Shown here: positions 39,885 to 52,494 of the stretch, piece by piece
How the letters are laid out: every line of letters begins with the position of its first letter
Position numbering within the stretch: position 1 is the stretch's first letter
NCBI RefSeq assembly: GCF_963921235.1
Contig: NC_086108.1
Location: 35,962,001-36,026,000, forward strand
Reading direction: 5' to 3'
From: Mobula hypostoma
Taxonomy: Eukaryota
DNA: 64,000 nt
The notes under the pieces: generated by a model
Told to the model about the DNA's origin: nothing
Database searches by the model: none
The model's input: only the letters and a program-made list of their open reading frames with translations
Translations under genes and position numbers: made by a program

Positions 39885-40790
39885 GCAACACACATCAAAG
39901 TTGCTGGTGAACGCAGCAGGCCAGGCAGCATCTGTAGGAAGAGGTGCAGTCGACGTTTCAGGCCGAGACCCTTCATCAGGACTAACTGAAGGAAGAGTGA
40001 GTAAGGGATTTGAAAGCCCCAAACAGTCCTTCCAGGTGAGGCAACACTTCACCTGTGAGTCGACTGGGGTGATATACTGCGTCCGGTGCTCCCGATGTGG
40101 CCTTTTATATATTGGCAAGACCCGACGCAGGCTGGGAGACCACTTTGCTGAACATCTACGCTCTGTCTGCCAGAGAAAGCAGGATCTCCCAGTGGCCACA
40201 CATTTTAATTCCACATCCCATTCCCATTCTGACATGTCTATCCACGGCCTCCTCTACTGTAAAGGTGAAGCCACACTCAGGTTGGAGGAACAACACCTTA
40301 TATTCCATCTGGGTAGCCTCCAACCTGATGGCATGAACATCGACTTCTCTAACTTCCGCTAAGGCCCCACCTCCCCCTCGTACCCCATCTGTTACTTATT
40401 TTTATGCACACATTCTTTCTCTCACTCTCCTTTTTCTCCCTCTGTCCCTCTGAATATACCTCTTGCCCATCCTCTGGGTCCCCCCCCGCCTTGTCTTTCT
40501 TCCCGGACCTCCTGTCCCATGATCCTCTCGTATCCCCTTTTGCCTATCACCTGTCCAGCTCTTGGCTCTATCCCTCCCTCTCCTGTCTTCTCCTATCATT
40601 TTGGATCTCCCCCTCCCCCTCTAACTTTCAAATCCCTTACTCACTCTTCCTTCATTTAGTCTTGACGAAGGGTCTTGGCCTGAAACGTCGACTGCACCTC
40701 TTCCTACAGATGCTGCCTGGCCTGCTGCGTTCACCAGCAATTTTGATGTGTGTTGCTTGAATTTCCAGCATCTGCAGAATTCCTGTTGTT
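39885..40790 (+). mobile_element. Penelope-like insert (GIY-YIG domain) with inverted 5' pLTR
   Basis: FTCESTGVIYCVRCSRCGLLYIGKTRRRLGDHFAEH...PDGMNIDF; perfect 13-bp TSD TAAGTTTGTCCAA (39872-39884, 40791-40803). Confidence 0.92.
39947..39984 (-). ncRNA. Minimal type I hammerhead ribozyme motif
   Basis: uaguc-CUGAUGA-agggucucggccu-GAAAC-GUC-gacug: intact core with palindromic ACGU stem III. Confidence 0.8.
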
Positions 40791-40975
40791 TAAGTTTGTC
40801 CAACCTCTCCTAATAGCAGATGCCATCTAAACCAGACAATATCCTGGTAAACAACTTCTGCACCCTCTCCAAAGCCTCAGCATTCTTCTTGTGATGGAGT
40901 GACCAGAAATTAATGCTGTTCTCCAGATGCAGCCTAACTAGGTGTTTTATAAAGCTGCAACAAAATAACTTGAAC

Positions 40976-42918
40976 ACGAGGAAATCTGCAGATGCTGGAA
41001 TTTCAAGCAGCACACATAAAAAATGCTGGTGAACGCAGCAGGCCAGGCAGCACCTATAGGAAGAGGTACAGTCGAAGTTTCGGGCCAAGACCCTTTGTCA
41101 GGACTAACTGAAAGAAGAGATTTGAGAGGGGGAAGGGGAGATCCGAAATGATGGGAGAAGACAAGAGGGGGAGGAATGGAGCTAAGAGCTGCAAAGTTGA
41201 TTGGCAAAAAGGATACGAGGCTGGAGAAGGGAGAAGATCATGGGATGGGAGGCCTAGGGAGAAAGAAAGGGGGAAGGGGAAGCCCAGAGGATGGGCAAGG
41301 AGTATAGTGAGAGGGACAGAGGGAAAAAAAAGAGAGAGAGAGAGAATAAATAAATAACGGATGGGGTACGAGGGGGAGGTGGGGCATTAGCGGAAGTTAG
41401 AGAAGTCGATGTTCATGCCATCAGGTTGGAGGCTACCCAGACGGAATATAAGGCGTTGTTCCTCCAACTTGAGTGTGGCTTCATCTTGACAGTAGAGGAG
41501 CTGTGGATAGACATATCAGAATGGGAATGGGACGCGGAATTAAAATGTGTGGTCACTGGGAGATCCTGCTTTCTCTGGCGGACAGAGCGTAGGTGTTCAG
41601 CGAAATGGTCTCCCAGCCTGCATCAGGTCACGCCAATATATAGAAGGCCACATCGGGAGCACCAGACACTGTATATCACCCCAGCCGACTCACAGGTGAA
41701 GTGTCGCCTCACCTGGAAGGACTATCTGGGGCCCTGAATGGTGGTGAGGGAGGAAGTGTAAGGGCATGTGTAGCACTTGTTCCGCTTAAAAGGATAAGTG
41801 CCGGGAGGTAGATCGGTGAGGAGGGATGGGGGGGATGAATGGACAAGGGAGTTGCGTAGGGAGCGATCCCTGTGGAAAGCAGACAGAGGGGGGAGGGAAA
41901 GATGTGCTTAGTGGTGGGATCCCGTTGGGAGTGACGGAAGTTACGGAGAATTAAATGTTGGACCTGGAGGCTGGTGGGGTGGTAGGTGAGGACAAGGAGA
42001 ACCCTATTCCTAGTGGGATGGCGGGAGGATGGGGTGAGAGCAGATGTGCGTGAAATGGGAGAGATGCATTTGAGAGTAGAGTTGATGGTGGAGGAAGGGA
42101 AGCCCCTTTCTTTAAAAATGGAGGACACCTTCTTCGTCCTGGAATGAAAAGCCTCATCCTGAGAGCAGATGCGGCGGAGATTGAGGAATTGCGAGAAGGG
42201 GATGGCATTTTTGCAAGAGACAGGGTGGGACGAGGAATAGTTCAGGTAGCTGTGAGAGTCAGTAGGCTTATAGTAGACATCAGTAGATAAGCTGTCTCCA
42301 GAGATAGAGACAGAAAGGTCAAGAAAGGGGAGGGAGGTGTCGGAAATGGACCAGGTAAACTTGAGGGCGGGGTGAAAGTTGGACGCAAAGTTAATGAAGT
42401 CAACGAGCTCAGCATGCGTGCAGGAAGCAGCGTCCCTTCCCACCAATCTCCCTCCCGGCACTTATCCTTGTAAGTGGAACAAGTGCTACACATGCCCTTA
42501 CACTTCCTCCCTCACCACCCTTCGTACCCCATCCGTTATTTATTTATTATTATTTTAAATTTTTTTTCTCTCTCTCTCCTTTTTCTCCCTCTGTCCCTCT
42601 CACTATACTCCTTGCCCATCCTCTGGGCTTCCCCCCTCCCCCTTTCTTTCTCCCTCGGCCTCCCGTCACATGATCCTCTCCCTTCTCCAGCCTTGTATCC
42701 CTTTTGCCAATCAACTTCGGAGCTCTTAGCTCCATCCCTCCCCCTCCTGTCTTCTCCTATCATTTCAGATCTCCCCCTCCCCTCCCACTTTCAAATCTTT
42801 TACTATCTCTTATTTTAGTTAGTCCTGATGAAGGGTTTCGGTCCGAAACGTCAACTGTACCTCTTCCTATAGATGCTGCCTGGCCTGCTCATTCACCAGC
42901 ATTTTTTGTGTGTGTTGC
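40976..42918 (-). mobile_element. Penelope-like element (RT C-terminal part + GIY-YIG) with inverted distal segment
   Basis: FHPALKFTWSISDTSLPFLDL, TDVYYKPTDSHSYL; orientation flips near 42432; 16-bp TSD ACAAA(A/G)TAACTTGAAC (40960-40975, 42919-42934). Confidence 0.92.
42820..42857 (+). ncRNA. Minimal type I hammerhead ribozyme motif, sense to RO60
   Basis: uaguc-CUGAUGA-aggguuucggucc-GAAAC-GUC-aacug: core intact, one mismatch in stem I. Confidence 0.65.
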
Positions 42919-43009
42919 ACAAAGTAACTTGAACTCAGTTCTTTGACAAATGACTTTACTACCCTATCAATCTCTTCTCCCTGAAAGTGGACTTGAACCT
43001 GAAGATCCC

Positions 43010-45910
43010 TCTGAACATCAAGGAGTATTATGAACAAAGCGGGTGAGCTTAGAGCATGGATCCGTACTTGGAGCTGTGATGTTGTGGCCATTACAGAGAC
43101 TTGGATGGCTCAGGGACAGGAATGGTTACTTCAAGTGCCAGGTTTTAAATGTTTCAGAAAGGACAGGGAGGGAGGCAAAAGAAGTGGGGGCATGGCACTG
43201 TGGATGAGAGAGAATGTTATGGCCATAGAAAAGGAGGAAGACATGGAGGGGTTGTCTACGGAGTTTCTGTGGGTGGAAGTTAGGAACAGGTCGGGGTCAA
43301 TAACTCTATTGGGTGTTTTTTATAGACCACCCTATAGTAACAGATACATCGAGGAGCAGATAGGGAGACAGATTCTGGAAAGGGTAGTAATAACAGGGTT
43401 GTCGTGGTGGGAGATTTTAATATCCCAAATATCAATTGGCATGTCCCTAGAGCGAGGGGTTTAGATGAGGTGGAGTTTGCTAGGTGTGTTCAGGAAGGTT
43501 TCTTGACTCGATATGTAGATAAGCCTACAAGAGGAGAGGCTGCACTTGATCTGGTATTGGGAAATGATTCTAGTCAGGTGTTCACCAGCAACTTTTAGGT
43601 GTGTTGCTTGAATTTCCAGCATCTGCAGAATTCCTGTTGTCTGGTCGGGTGTCAGATCTCTCAGTGATCTCTTTGGAGGTAGTAATCACAACTCTGTCTC
43701 CTTTACCATAGCATTGGAGAGGGATAGGAACAGACAAGTTAGGAAAGCGTTCAATTGCAGTAAGGGAAAATATGAGGCTATTAGGCAGGAATTTGGAAGC
43801 ATAAATTGGAAACAGATGTTCTTAGGGAAATGTACAGAAGAAATGTGGCAAATGTTCAGAGGATATTTGTGTGGAGTTCTGCATGGGTATGTTCCAGTGA
43901 GACAGGGAAAGGATGGTAGGGTACAGGAACCATGGTGTACAAAGGCTGTTGTAAATTGAGTCAAGAAGAGGAGAGCTTATAAAAGGTTCAAAAAGCTAGG
44001 TGATGATAGAGAGCTAGAAGATTATAAGGCTAGCAGGAAGGAGGTCAAGAAAGAAATCAGGAGAGCCAGAAGGGGCCATGAGAAGGCCTTAGCGGACAGC
44101 ATTAAGGAAGACCCCAAGTATGTGAAAGGCAGGCAGATAAGACGTGAGAGAATAGGACCAATCAAGTAGAGAATGGAAAAGTGTGTTATGGAACCGGAGG
44201 AGATAGCAGAGGTACTTAATGAGTACTTTGCTTCAGTATTCACTTGGAAGAGGATCTTGGCGATTGTAGGGATGACTTGCAGTGGACTGAAAAGCTTGAG
44301 CATATAGATATTAAGAAAAATGATGTGCTGGAGCTCTTGGAAAACATCAAGTTGGATAAGTCGCTGGGACCGGACGAGATGTACCCCAGGCTATTTTGGG
44401 AGGCAAGGGAGGAGATTGCTGAGCCTCTGGCAATGATCTTTGCCTCATCAATGGGGACGGGAGAGGTTTCAGAGGATTGGAGGGTTGCAGATGTTGTTCC
44501 ATTATTCAAGAAAGGGAGTAGAGATAGCCCAGGAAATTATAGACCAGTGAGTCTTACTTCAGTGGTTGGTAAGTTGATGGGAGAAGATCCTGAGAGGCAG
44601 GATTTCTGAACATTTGGAGAGGCATAATATGATTAGGAATAGTCAGCATAACTTTCTGAAGGGCAGGTCATGCCTTACGAGCCTGATCGAATTTTTTGAG
44701 GATGTGACTAAACACATTGATGTTACAGCAGTAGATGTAGTGTATATGGATTTCAGCAAGGCATTTAACAAGGTACCACAAGGCTTATTGAGAAAGTAAG
44801 GAGGCATGGGATCCAAGGGGAAGTTGCATTGTGGATCCAGAACTGGCTTGCCTACAGAAGGCAAAAAGTGGTTTTGATGAGTTATATTCTGCATGGAGGT
44901 CGGTGACCAGTGGTGTGTCTCAGGGATCTGTCCTGGGACCCCTACTCTTCGTGATTTTCATAAATGACCTGGATGATGAAGTGGGGGGATTGTTTAGTAA
45001 ATTTGCTGATGACACAAATGTTGGAGGTGCTGTGGATAGTGTGGAGGGCTGTCAGAGGTTACAGCGGGACATTGATAGGATGCAAAAATGGGCTGAGAAG
45101 TGGCAGATGGAGTTCAACCCAGATAAGTGTGAAGTGGTTTATTTTGGTAGGTCAAATATGATAACAGAATATAATATTAATGGTAAGACTCTTGGCAATG
45201 TAAGGATCAGAGGGCTCTTGGGGTCCGAGTCTATAGGATGCTCAAAGCAGCTGCGCAGGTTGAGTCTGTGGTTAAGAAAGCAAATGGTGCATTGGCCTTC
45301 ATCAGTCATGTGATTGAGTTTAGGAGCCAATAGGTAATGTTACAGCTGTATGGGTCCCTAGTCAGACCCCACTTGGAGTACTGTGCTCAGTTCTGGTCAC
45401 CTCACTACGGGAAGGATGTGGAAACTATAGAAAGGGTGCAGAGGAGATTTACAAGGATGTTGCCTAGATGGGGGAGCATGCCTTATGAGAGTAAGTTGTG
45501 TGAACTTGGCCTTTTCTCCTTGGAGTGACAGAGGATGAGAGGTGACCTGATAGAGGTGTATAAGATGATGAGAGGCATTGATCGTGTGGATAGTCAGAGC
45601 TTTTTCCCAGGGTTGAAATGGCTAGCATGAGAGGGCACAGTTTTAAGGTGCTTGGAAGTAGGTATAGAGGAGATATCAGGGGTAAGTTTTTTTTTACACA
45701 GAGTGGTGAGTGCGTGGAATGGGCTGCTGGCGACGGTGGTGGAGGTAGATAGGATAAGGTCTTTTAAGAGACTCCTGAATAGTTATATAGAGCTCAGTGA
45801 AGTAGAGGGCTGTGGGTAACCCCAGGTAATTTCTTAGGTAAGGACATGTTCGGCACAGCTTTGTGGGCCAAAGGGCCTGTATTATGCTGTAGGTTTTCTA
45901 TGTTTCTATC
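43010..45910 (+). mobile_element. Long degenerate CR1 LINE (endonuclease + RT)
   Basis: AITETW, GVFYRPP, GDFN, GPDEMYPR, NYRPVSLTS, KFADD, LVRPHLEYC; TTCTATGTTTCTAT tail. Confidence 0.92.
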
Positions 45911-46539
45911 TGCACTGTTATGGGTCTTGCCATACTGTCCCTTTACATTTGATTTCCAAAGTGCAACACTTGGCATTTGGCCAGGTTAAACTCCTGTTTG
46001 CCATTTCTCTGTTCTTATCTAAAAAATATCTATATCTTGCTGAATCCTTTGGCAATCTTCTATACTATCCAGAATTCCACCTGTTTTCTTAGTGTTGACA
46101 AACTTAGTAACCCAACCATCTATGATGTCATTGAGGTCATCTGTGTAGTGTGTATCACTAACAGCAGGGGTCCCAGAATGGATCCTTGCGGCATACCACT
46201 CGTCAGAAATCTCCAGCTAGAATAAGTCCTATCGACCACTACCCTCTGTCTTTTACAACCCAGCCAATTCTGAATCCAAACAGCTAATCAGGACCTAGGC
46301 TGTGACTGGAGAGGACACGACCCGAGCAATCTCATTGCTTGCATCTCATGAGGTATATTGCATCAGGCCTTGGGGAAAGTTATCCACTTTAATAAAGAGG
46401 AGAACAGGGAAGGATTGGTTACCCTTCCTAGACAGTTTTTACAAAAATTGTTATTTGCAACTTTAGTTAATTCATCATTTTATGATCTTGCAAATTTTAA
46501 CCTCTGTACATCTTAACAAAATAATCTTTTTCTATTCAG

Positions 46540-47158
46540 CAATGTTTCACAGATGGACTCAAAACTATTGGAGGGCCACCTGAATCTAAATTGCATCAAG
46601 TGGAGCCATCAACTGGCCAGCAACTACAGAACTCTGAAGGTGGTAGAATGTGGCAAGTGACAGATATGACCCGCTTGCGTCGGTTTCTCTGTTTTGGTTC
46701 TGAGGGTGGGACGTACACCACCAATGTGGAAAAGCTTGGAAAAGAAAATGCTCAGGCCATATTGAGATTGATAGAATGTGGTAAAGGGACTGAAGTTGTC
46801 CAGGAGATAAAGACATTTAGTACTGAGGGAAGAGTGACCACTCAAGATCCTGCTTTGTTCGCTTTGGCTCTTTGCACACAGTGCTCAAATATTTCAACAA
46901 AACAAGCTGCCTACAAAGTTCTGGCTGAAATCTGTCGAATTCCCACCCATTTATTCACATATATTCGATTTAGAAAGGAACTCAGTAGAGGAATGGAATG
47001 CGGTATCTGGGGAAGAGCCCTGCGGAAAGCAGTGGCAAACTGGTACAACAGTAAAGATGGAATGTCTATCGCTATGGCTGTTACAAAATATAAGCGGAGA
47101 GCAGGATGGTCACACAAAGATTTACTTCGGTTGTCACATCTGAAACCAGCTAATGAAG
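46540..47158 (+). CDS. RO60: RO60/TROVE2 (60 kDa SS-A/Ro ribonucleoprotein) large N-terminal coding exon
   Basis: TROVE domain motifs [70 protein letters not shown](G); tttttctattcag acceptor, gtcagt donor. RO60 next to UCHL5 is known vertebrate synteny. Confidence 0.95.
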
Positions 47159-49231
47159 GTCAGTACAACAGAGTTATAGAGCTATACAGCACAGAAGCAG
47201 GCCCTTTGGCCCAACTCATCCATGTTGACCCATTTGCCTTCCTGAACGAGTCCAATGTACCTGTGTTTGGTCCACATCTCAGGAATGTGTATTCATGTAC
47301 CTGTCTAAATGTCTTTTAAACATCATAATTACGCATGTCTGAAACTTCATTTGACAGTTTGTTCCACGTACTCAGATTCTCTGAGTGAAAACTCTATTCT
47401 CTGGTCCCCTTTAAATCTTTTTCCTATCCTTTTAAATCTATAGCCTCTCTTTTTAGACTCGACCACCCTATGAAAAACGCTATGACCATTCACCTTATCT
47501 GTATCCCTTGTGAACTTAAGGTCGCCGATCAGCCTGCTACTCTCCAGGGAAAAAGTTGAAGCTTCTCCTTATAGCTCAAATCTTCTAGTCCTGTAACATC
47601 TTCGTGAATCTTTTCTACACCCTTTCCAGCAGTGTAGAATCTTTTCTATGCTCCTTTTAGCTAGGTGACCAGAACTGCACACAGTTGTCTCACCAACATC
47701 TCATACAGTTATAACATAACATCTCAACTATTGTACTCAATGACCTGACCAATGAAGGCAAGTCTACCTTCTTCACCACCCTGTCAACCTATTTCTCCAT
47801 TGTGAGGGAACTATGTACCTAAACCCCTTGGTGTCTGTATTCTATAACAGTCTCCAAGGTTCTACCATTTACTCTGTAAGTTTTGGCTCAGAATCAGGTT
47901 TAATATCTCTAAAATATGTAAAGAAATTTGTCGTTTTGCAGCAGAAGTATGGTGTAATGCATAAAAAAGACTATTAATTACAATAAGAAATATTTAAAAA
48001 ATTAAATAAGTTGTGCAATTACAGTGATGTAGAGTTCATGGGTTGATTAATTGTCCATTCAGAAATCTGATGGTTGCGGGGTAGAAGCCATTCCTTAAAA
48101 AGTTGAGCATGTGTCTTCAAAGTCCTGTACCTCCGTTTTGATGGTAGTAATAAGAGGACATATCCTGGTGATGGAAGGCCTTGGTGAGGAATGGATGCCA
48201 CCTTTTTGAGGCATCACTTCTCGAAGATGTTCTCAGTGTTGGGGAGGTGAGTGTCCATGATGGAGCTGGCTGAGTTTGTAACCCTCTGCAGCTTTTCCTG
48301 ATCCTGTGCAGTGGCTGCTCCAGACCAGACGGTGATGTAACCAGTTAGCATGTTCTCTATGGTACTTGTGTAGAAACTTGCAAGTCTTTGCTAACATACA
48401 AGATTTCCTTAAATCTGCTTAGTTTAACTTAGCAATATGCAACACTTTGCACTTGTGCAAGTGAAATTTCGTTACTATTTCCTTTGTCTATTTTTCCTTT
48501 GCCTATTGATCTTGTTCCTATTGTAATCTTTAGAAATATTCTTTTCTGTTCACTATACCACCAATTTTAGTGTCATTCACAAACTTATTGTCATAGTCTA
48601 GCTGCTATTTAAGTTAACTGTTTGCTAGAGACAGCAAGTTATCAATGGTATACTGGATCCAATCTTATATGAACGTATTGTGTCTAGTATATACCTTCCA
48701 CAGGCACTAGATGACAATTGAATTGCCTAAATTAGGATTCTAGTTGAATTTAGTTAGCTTGTTATGGGCTGGGAAGTGATGTGCTGAGCTATGCTTCCTC
48801 TCCCTAACTAACCAGAGGATTGTAATTAATGTAATTGAAACTAAAATTATTTCTTCTAAAATTCTAAAACATGAGCTAAAGTTGTGGTTAAAAGCAATAC
48901 GTTGATGCTGTTGGTGGGATCATGCTACCATAGTCAGATATTGCAAACAACTCATTGGAGCCATAGGTGACAGTTGAGTGTCCGCTGGGGACCAAAGGTA
49001 ACATTCAAAATGACTGAAGGTACCTTCAAATTCTCTGTAGTTCTTAACATGTTTATGTATCTCATTTATTTGGAGCACTACATTGCTTAATTAGGACAGG
49101 AGACTATTGCCTTACAGTTTTCTGTCTTGTTGTGTGTGCCATTATGTGGCTGTTAGACACTACACCATGCTTACACCAAGTAGTTTTTAAGTAGTGCTGG
49201 TTGAATGCACTGTGTTGAGGTAGGGGTGGGT

Positions 49232-49285
<54 letters not shown>

Positions 49286-49510
49286 ATATGTGTGTGTGTG
49301 TGTATGTATATATGTGTGTGTGTGTATGTATATATGTGTGTGTGTGTGTTTGTGTATGTATATGTGTGTGTGTGTGTGTATATATATGTGTGTGTGTGTA
49401 TGTATGTGTGTGTATGTATATGTGTGTGTGTGTATTTATATGTGTGTGTATGTGTGTGTGTATGTATATGTGTGTGTGTGTGTGTGTATGTATATGTGTG
49501 TGTATATGTG

Positions 49511-49542
<32 letters not shown>

Positions 49543-49561
49543 TACACACACACACACACAC
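49232..49561. repeat. Compound (TG)n/(TA)/(CA)n microsatellite
   Basis: Directly visible; it explains the low-complexity CVCV/HTHT ORFs. Confidence 0.97.
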
Positions 49562-51880
49562 AGTTACAAGTAAAAGTTTGAACCCTTCGCAATTACCTGG
49601 ATTTCTGCATTAAATACTCATAAAATATGGTCTGCTCTTCATCTAAGTCACAATACAGGTTTCCCCCGCCATCTGAAGGTAGAGCGTTCCTATGAAACGG
49701 TTCGTAAGCCGGAATGTCGTAAAGCAAAGAAGCAATTACCATTAATTTATATGGGAAAAATTTGTGAGCGTTCGCAGACCCAAAAATAACCTACCAAATT
49801 ATGCCAAATAACACATAAAACCTAAAATAACAGTAACATATAGTAAAAGCAGGAATGATATGATGAATACACAGCCTATATAAAGTAGAAATACTTTTCC
49901 ACAATCATTGCCGCACTGTTCTCCGTAGCGAAAATCTCACACAAGCACTCCTGGCAGAAACACGGTGCAAGCACTCTCCAGTAACCTTTAAGCTATGAAG
50001 CTGCCAAATCATACCAAATAACACGTAAAAATACACAACCGATATAAAGTAGAAATAATGTATGTACAATGTAGTATCACTTACTGGAATTGGGACAGTG
50101 TCGAGCACACTGATGATGGTGTGTTAGGCTGAGTCGTCGGAGGTTGGGGTGGTGCAGTGGCCCCACCTTCCTGGCAGCGAACCGATACCGATCCGTGAAG
50201 AATGCAGGGGTACAGCGGTAGCCGGGACTCACCCAGCACATCTTTAAGAAAAAAGCCGAAACAAACAAGCTAACTAATTAGGTGCCGCCCGGCACATAAA
50301 AGTCGGCCCAGATCAGAGGCGACGCAATCGGCAATCGTCTCTGATCTGGGCCGACATTTACATGCCGGGTGGCACCTAATTATTTAGCTTGTTTATTTCG
50401 GCCTTTTTTCTTAAAGATGTGCTGGGTGCATCCCGGCTACCGCTGCATTCTTCACGGATTGGTATCTGTCTGCAGCCCGGGGGTTGGGGTGTCATCTCAT
50501 GGTCGATCAGGGCAGGCAGCTCATCTTCTCCTATGTCTGCCTGCCTCGATATTGAAGGTCGAGGTTCGTCGTCTGATGTGGCTGATGTGGAAGGCTTGCT
50601 TGACTGCTTAGCCTCGCGCATTTTTAGATCATAGAATTATTTGTAAGCACTCAAACCATCCTGCAAATATGCCCTAAACTGACGTACCCTTTCAAAATTA
50701 AAGTCGTACTTTATCATTGCAGCGAAAATCTCACGCAGTTGCTTCACGTTCAGTTCCTGGACGACTTCACTTTTGGTCCGTTCGTTACTGCATTCGGTTT
50801 TGATTATTATCCCTTCCTCTTCCAATTGCATCAGCTCTTCATCTATCAGTTCTTGGTCATGAGATGCCAAAACCTTTTCAACATCATCTTCGTCAACTTC
50901 CACAAGCCAAACTCACTTTGTCCTTACTTCGTTCACCGCGATCGAAACGCTTAATTATGTCTAGTTTTATGCTGTTTAACACCCTTATGAGCTCTTTTAG
51001 GCTTTTCCGATACAGTAGAACTCATCTTGCTAACGGCTGCTCAATGCAACGTGTTTAAGCAATGCTGGCGAGAATGCTGTTCCGAATCCGGGATGGAGCG
51101 GCTGCTCAGGGCGCGCGCTGCTTTTTTTTGTAACAGTGAAAACACCCTCTGTTAGCGAAAACAGATAACTTTCGTAACAGTGAGGTTTCGTAAAGCGAAC
51201 GTTTGAAAAGCGGGGGACACATGTAATAGACAAATACAATTTGCCTAAACTAATTACACACAAACAGTTGTATGTTTCATGTCTTTATTGAACACATTGT
51301 TTAATCATTCACAGTCCATCGTAGAAAAAGTATGTGAACCCATGTATTTAATAACTGGTAGAACGTCCTTTAGTAGCAATAATGTCCACCAAATGTTTTC
51401 TGTAGCTGCTGATCAGACTTGCGCAAAAGTGAGGAGGAATTTTAAGCCATTCCCCCATACAAAACTGTTTCCGTTCCTCAATATTTCTGGGATACTTTGC
51501 ATGAACAGCCTTCTTCAAGTCATGCCGCAGTATCTCAATTGGGTTAAGGTCTCTGACTTAGCCTTTCCGAAACACAGATGTTCTTATTTTAAGCCATTCT
51601 GCTGTTGATTTACTCTTGTGTTTCAGATCATTGTCTTGTTGCATCATCCAACTAATATTAAGCTCAGGTGACAGACTGCTACCCTGACATTCTTCTGAGA
51701 AATGGCTTGATACAATTTAGAATTCATTGTTTCTTCAATGGCCGCAAGCTATCCAGGCCCTGAGGCAGCTAAGCAGCCCCAAACCATGATGCTCCTTCCA
51801 CCATGCTTCACAGTTGGGATAAGGTTTTGGTGTTGGTGTGCAGTTCCCTTTTTCCTCCAAACATAGTGGTGTGCATTTTT
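49561..51880 (-). mobile_element. Truncated Tc1-like element of the same family as 21630-23072, interrupted by a pogo/Tigger-like element
   Basis: Joining the flanks at 49655/51226 restores AAGTCACAATA|ATAGACAAATACAATTTGCCTAAACTAA, matching 21716-21753. Confidence 0.8.
49656..51223 (-). mobile_element. Non-autonomous pogo/Tigger-like DNA transposon, copy 1
   Basis: TA flanks (49654-49655, 51224-51225); imperfect TIRs CAGGTTTCCCCCGC / GCGGGGGACACATG; acidic transposase C-terminal remnant EVDEDDVEKVLASHDQELIDEELMQL. Confidence 0.85.
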
Positions 51881-52494
51881 GTATATATTGCTTAATTCGT
51901 CTTGTTGACTTGGTCTTTAGGTATGATTTTTTCATAAATTTTATTGTATTTATTTTCCTGTAAACGCCTGCAAGAAAATAAATCTCAGGAGGTAATAGAT
52001 GGTGACATACACATACTTTGATTATAAATTTATTTTGACTTTGACCTCCATCTGCTGGCCTGTGGAGGCAAAAAATGTACTTCCACCACTGGTACCAAAC
52101 TTGCAGCTTTCTCTGGTATGAAAACCGAAATACTGGTCAACCTTCACTAATCTGACTACCTGTAATCCGGTTCCTTCAATAATCCACACTGATTTCAAAT
52201 TTTCCGCACAACTGTAATTTCTAATTTTCCGGGCCACCGTACCAATCTGCTGCGCATTGTTTTGGTTGCACTAGATCTGTTCACGTGTTGGCACGCTCTT
52301 GTAAGCACAGACAGGCGATTCCTGCTTGTTTTCCTGCACTTACTAATATCATTTGCGTGAGGTGCAGCCGCCCAGCACCCGCCCATCTCACTCACCAGCA
52401 GCGAGGGAGCTGGCGCACGCTGGGTCGGTCCGCCTGCTGGCAGTTGCGCACTACCCTCTGGTGTCGCCCGACCGGCCCCCTGTTCTCTTCTGCC

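Noticed and set aside
47159..47319. C-terminal extension of the 46591-47319 ORF
   Set aside because: Read-through past the GT donor at 47159 into intron and antisense CR1 tail sequence; RO60 similarity stops at KPANEG.
49104..49613. His/Thr- and Cys/Val-rich ORFs
   Set aside because: Translations of a dinucleotide microsatellite.
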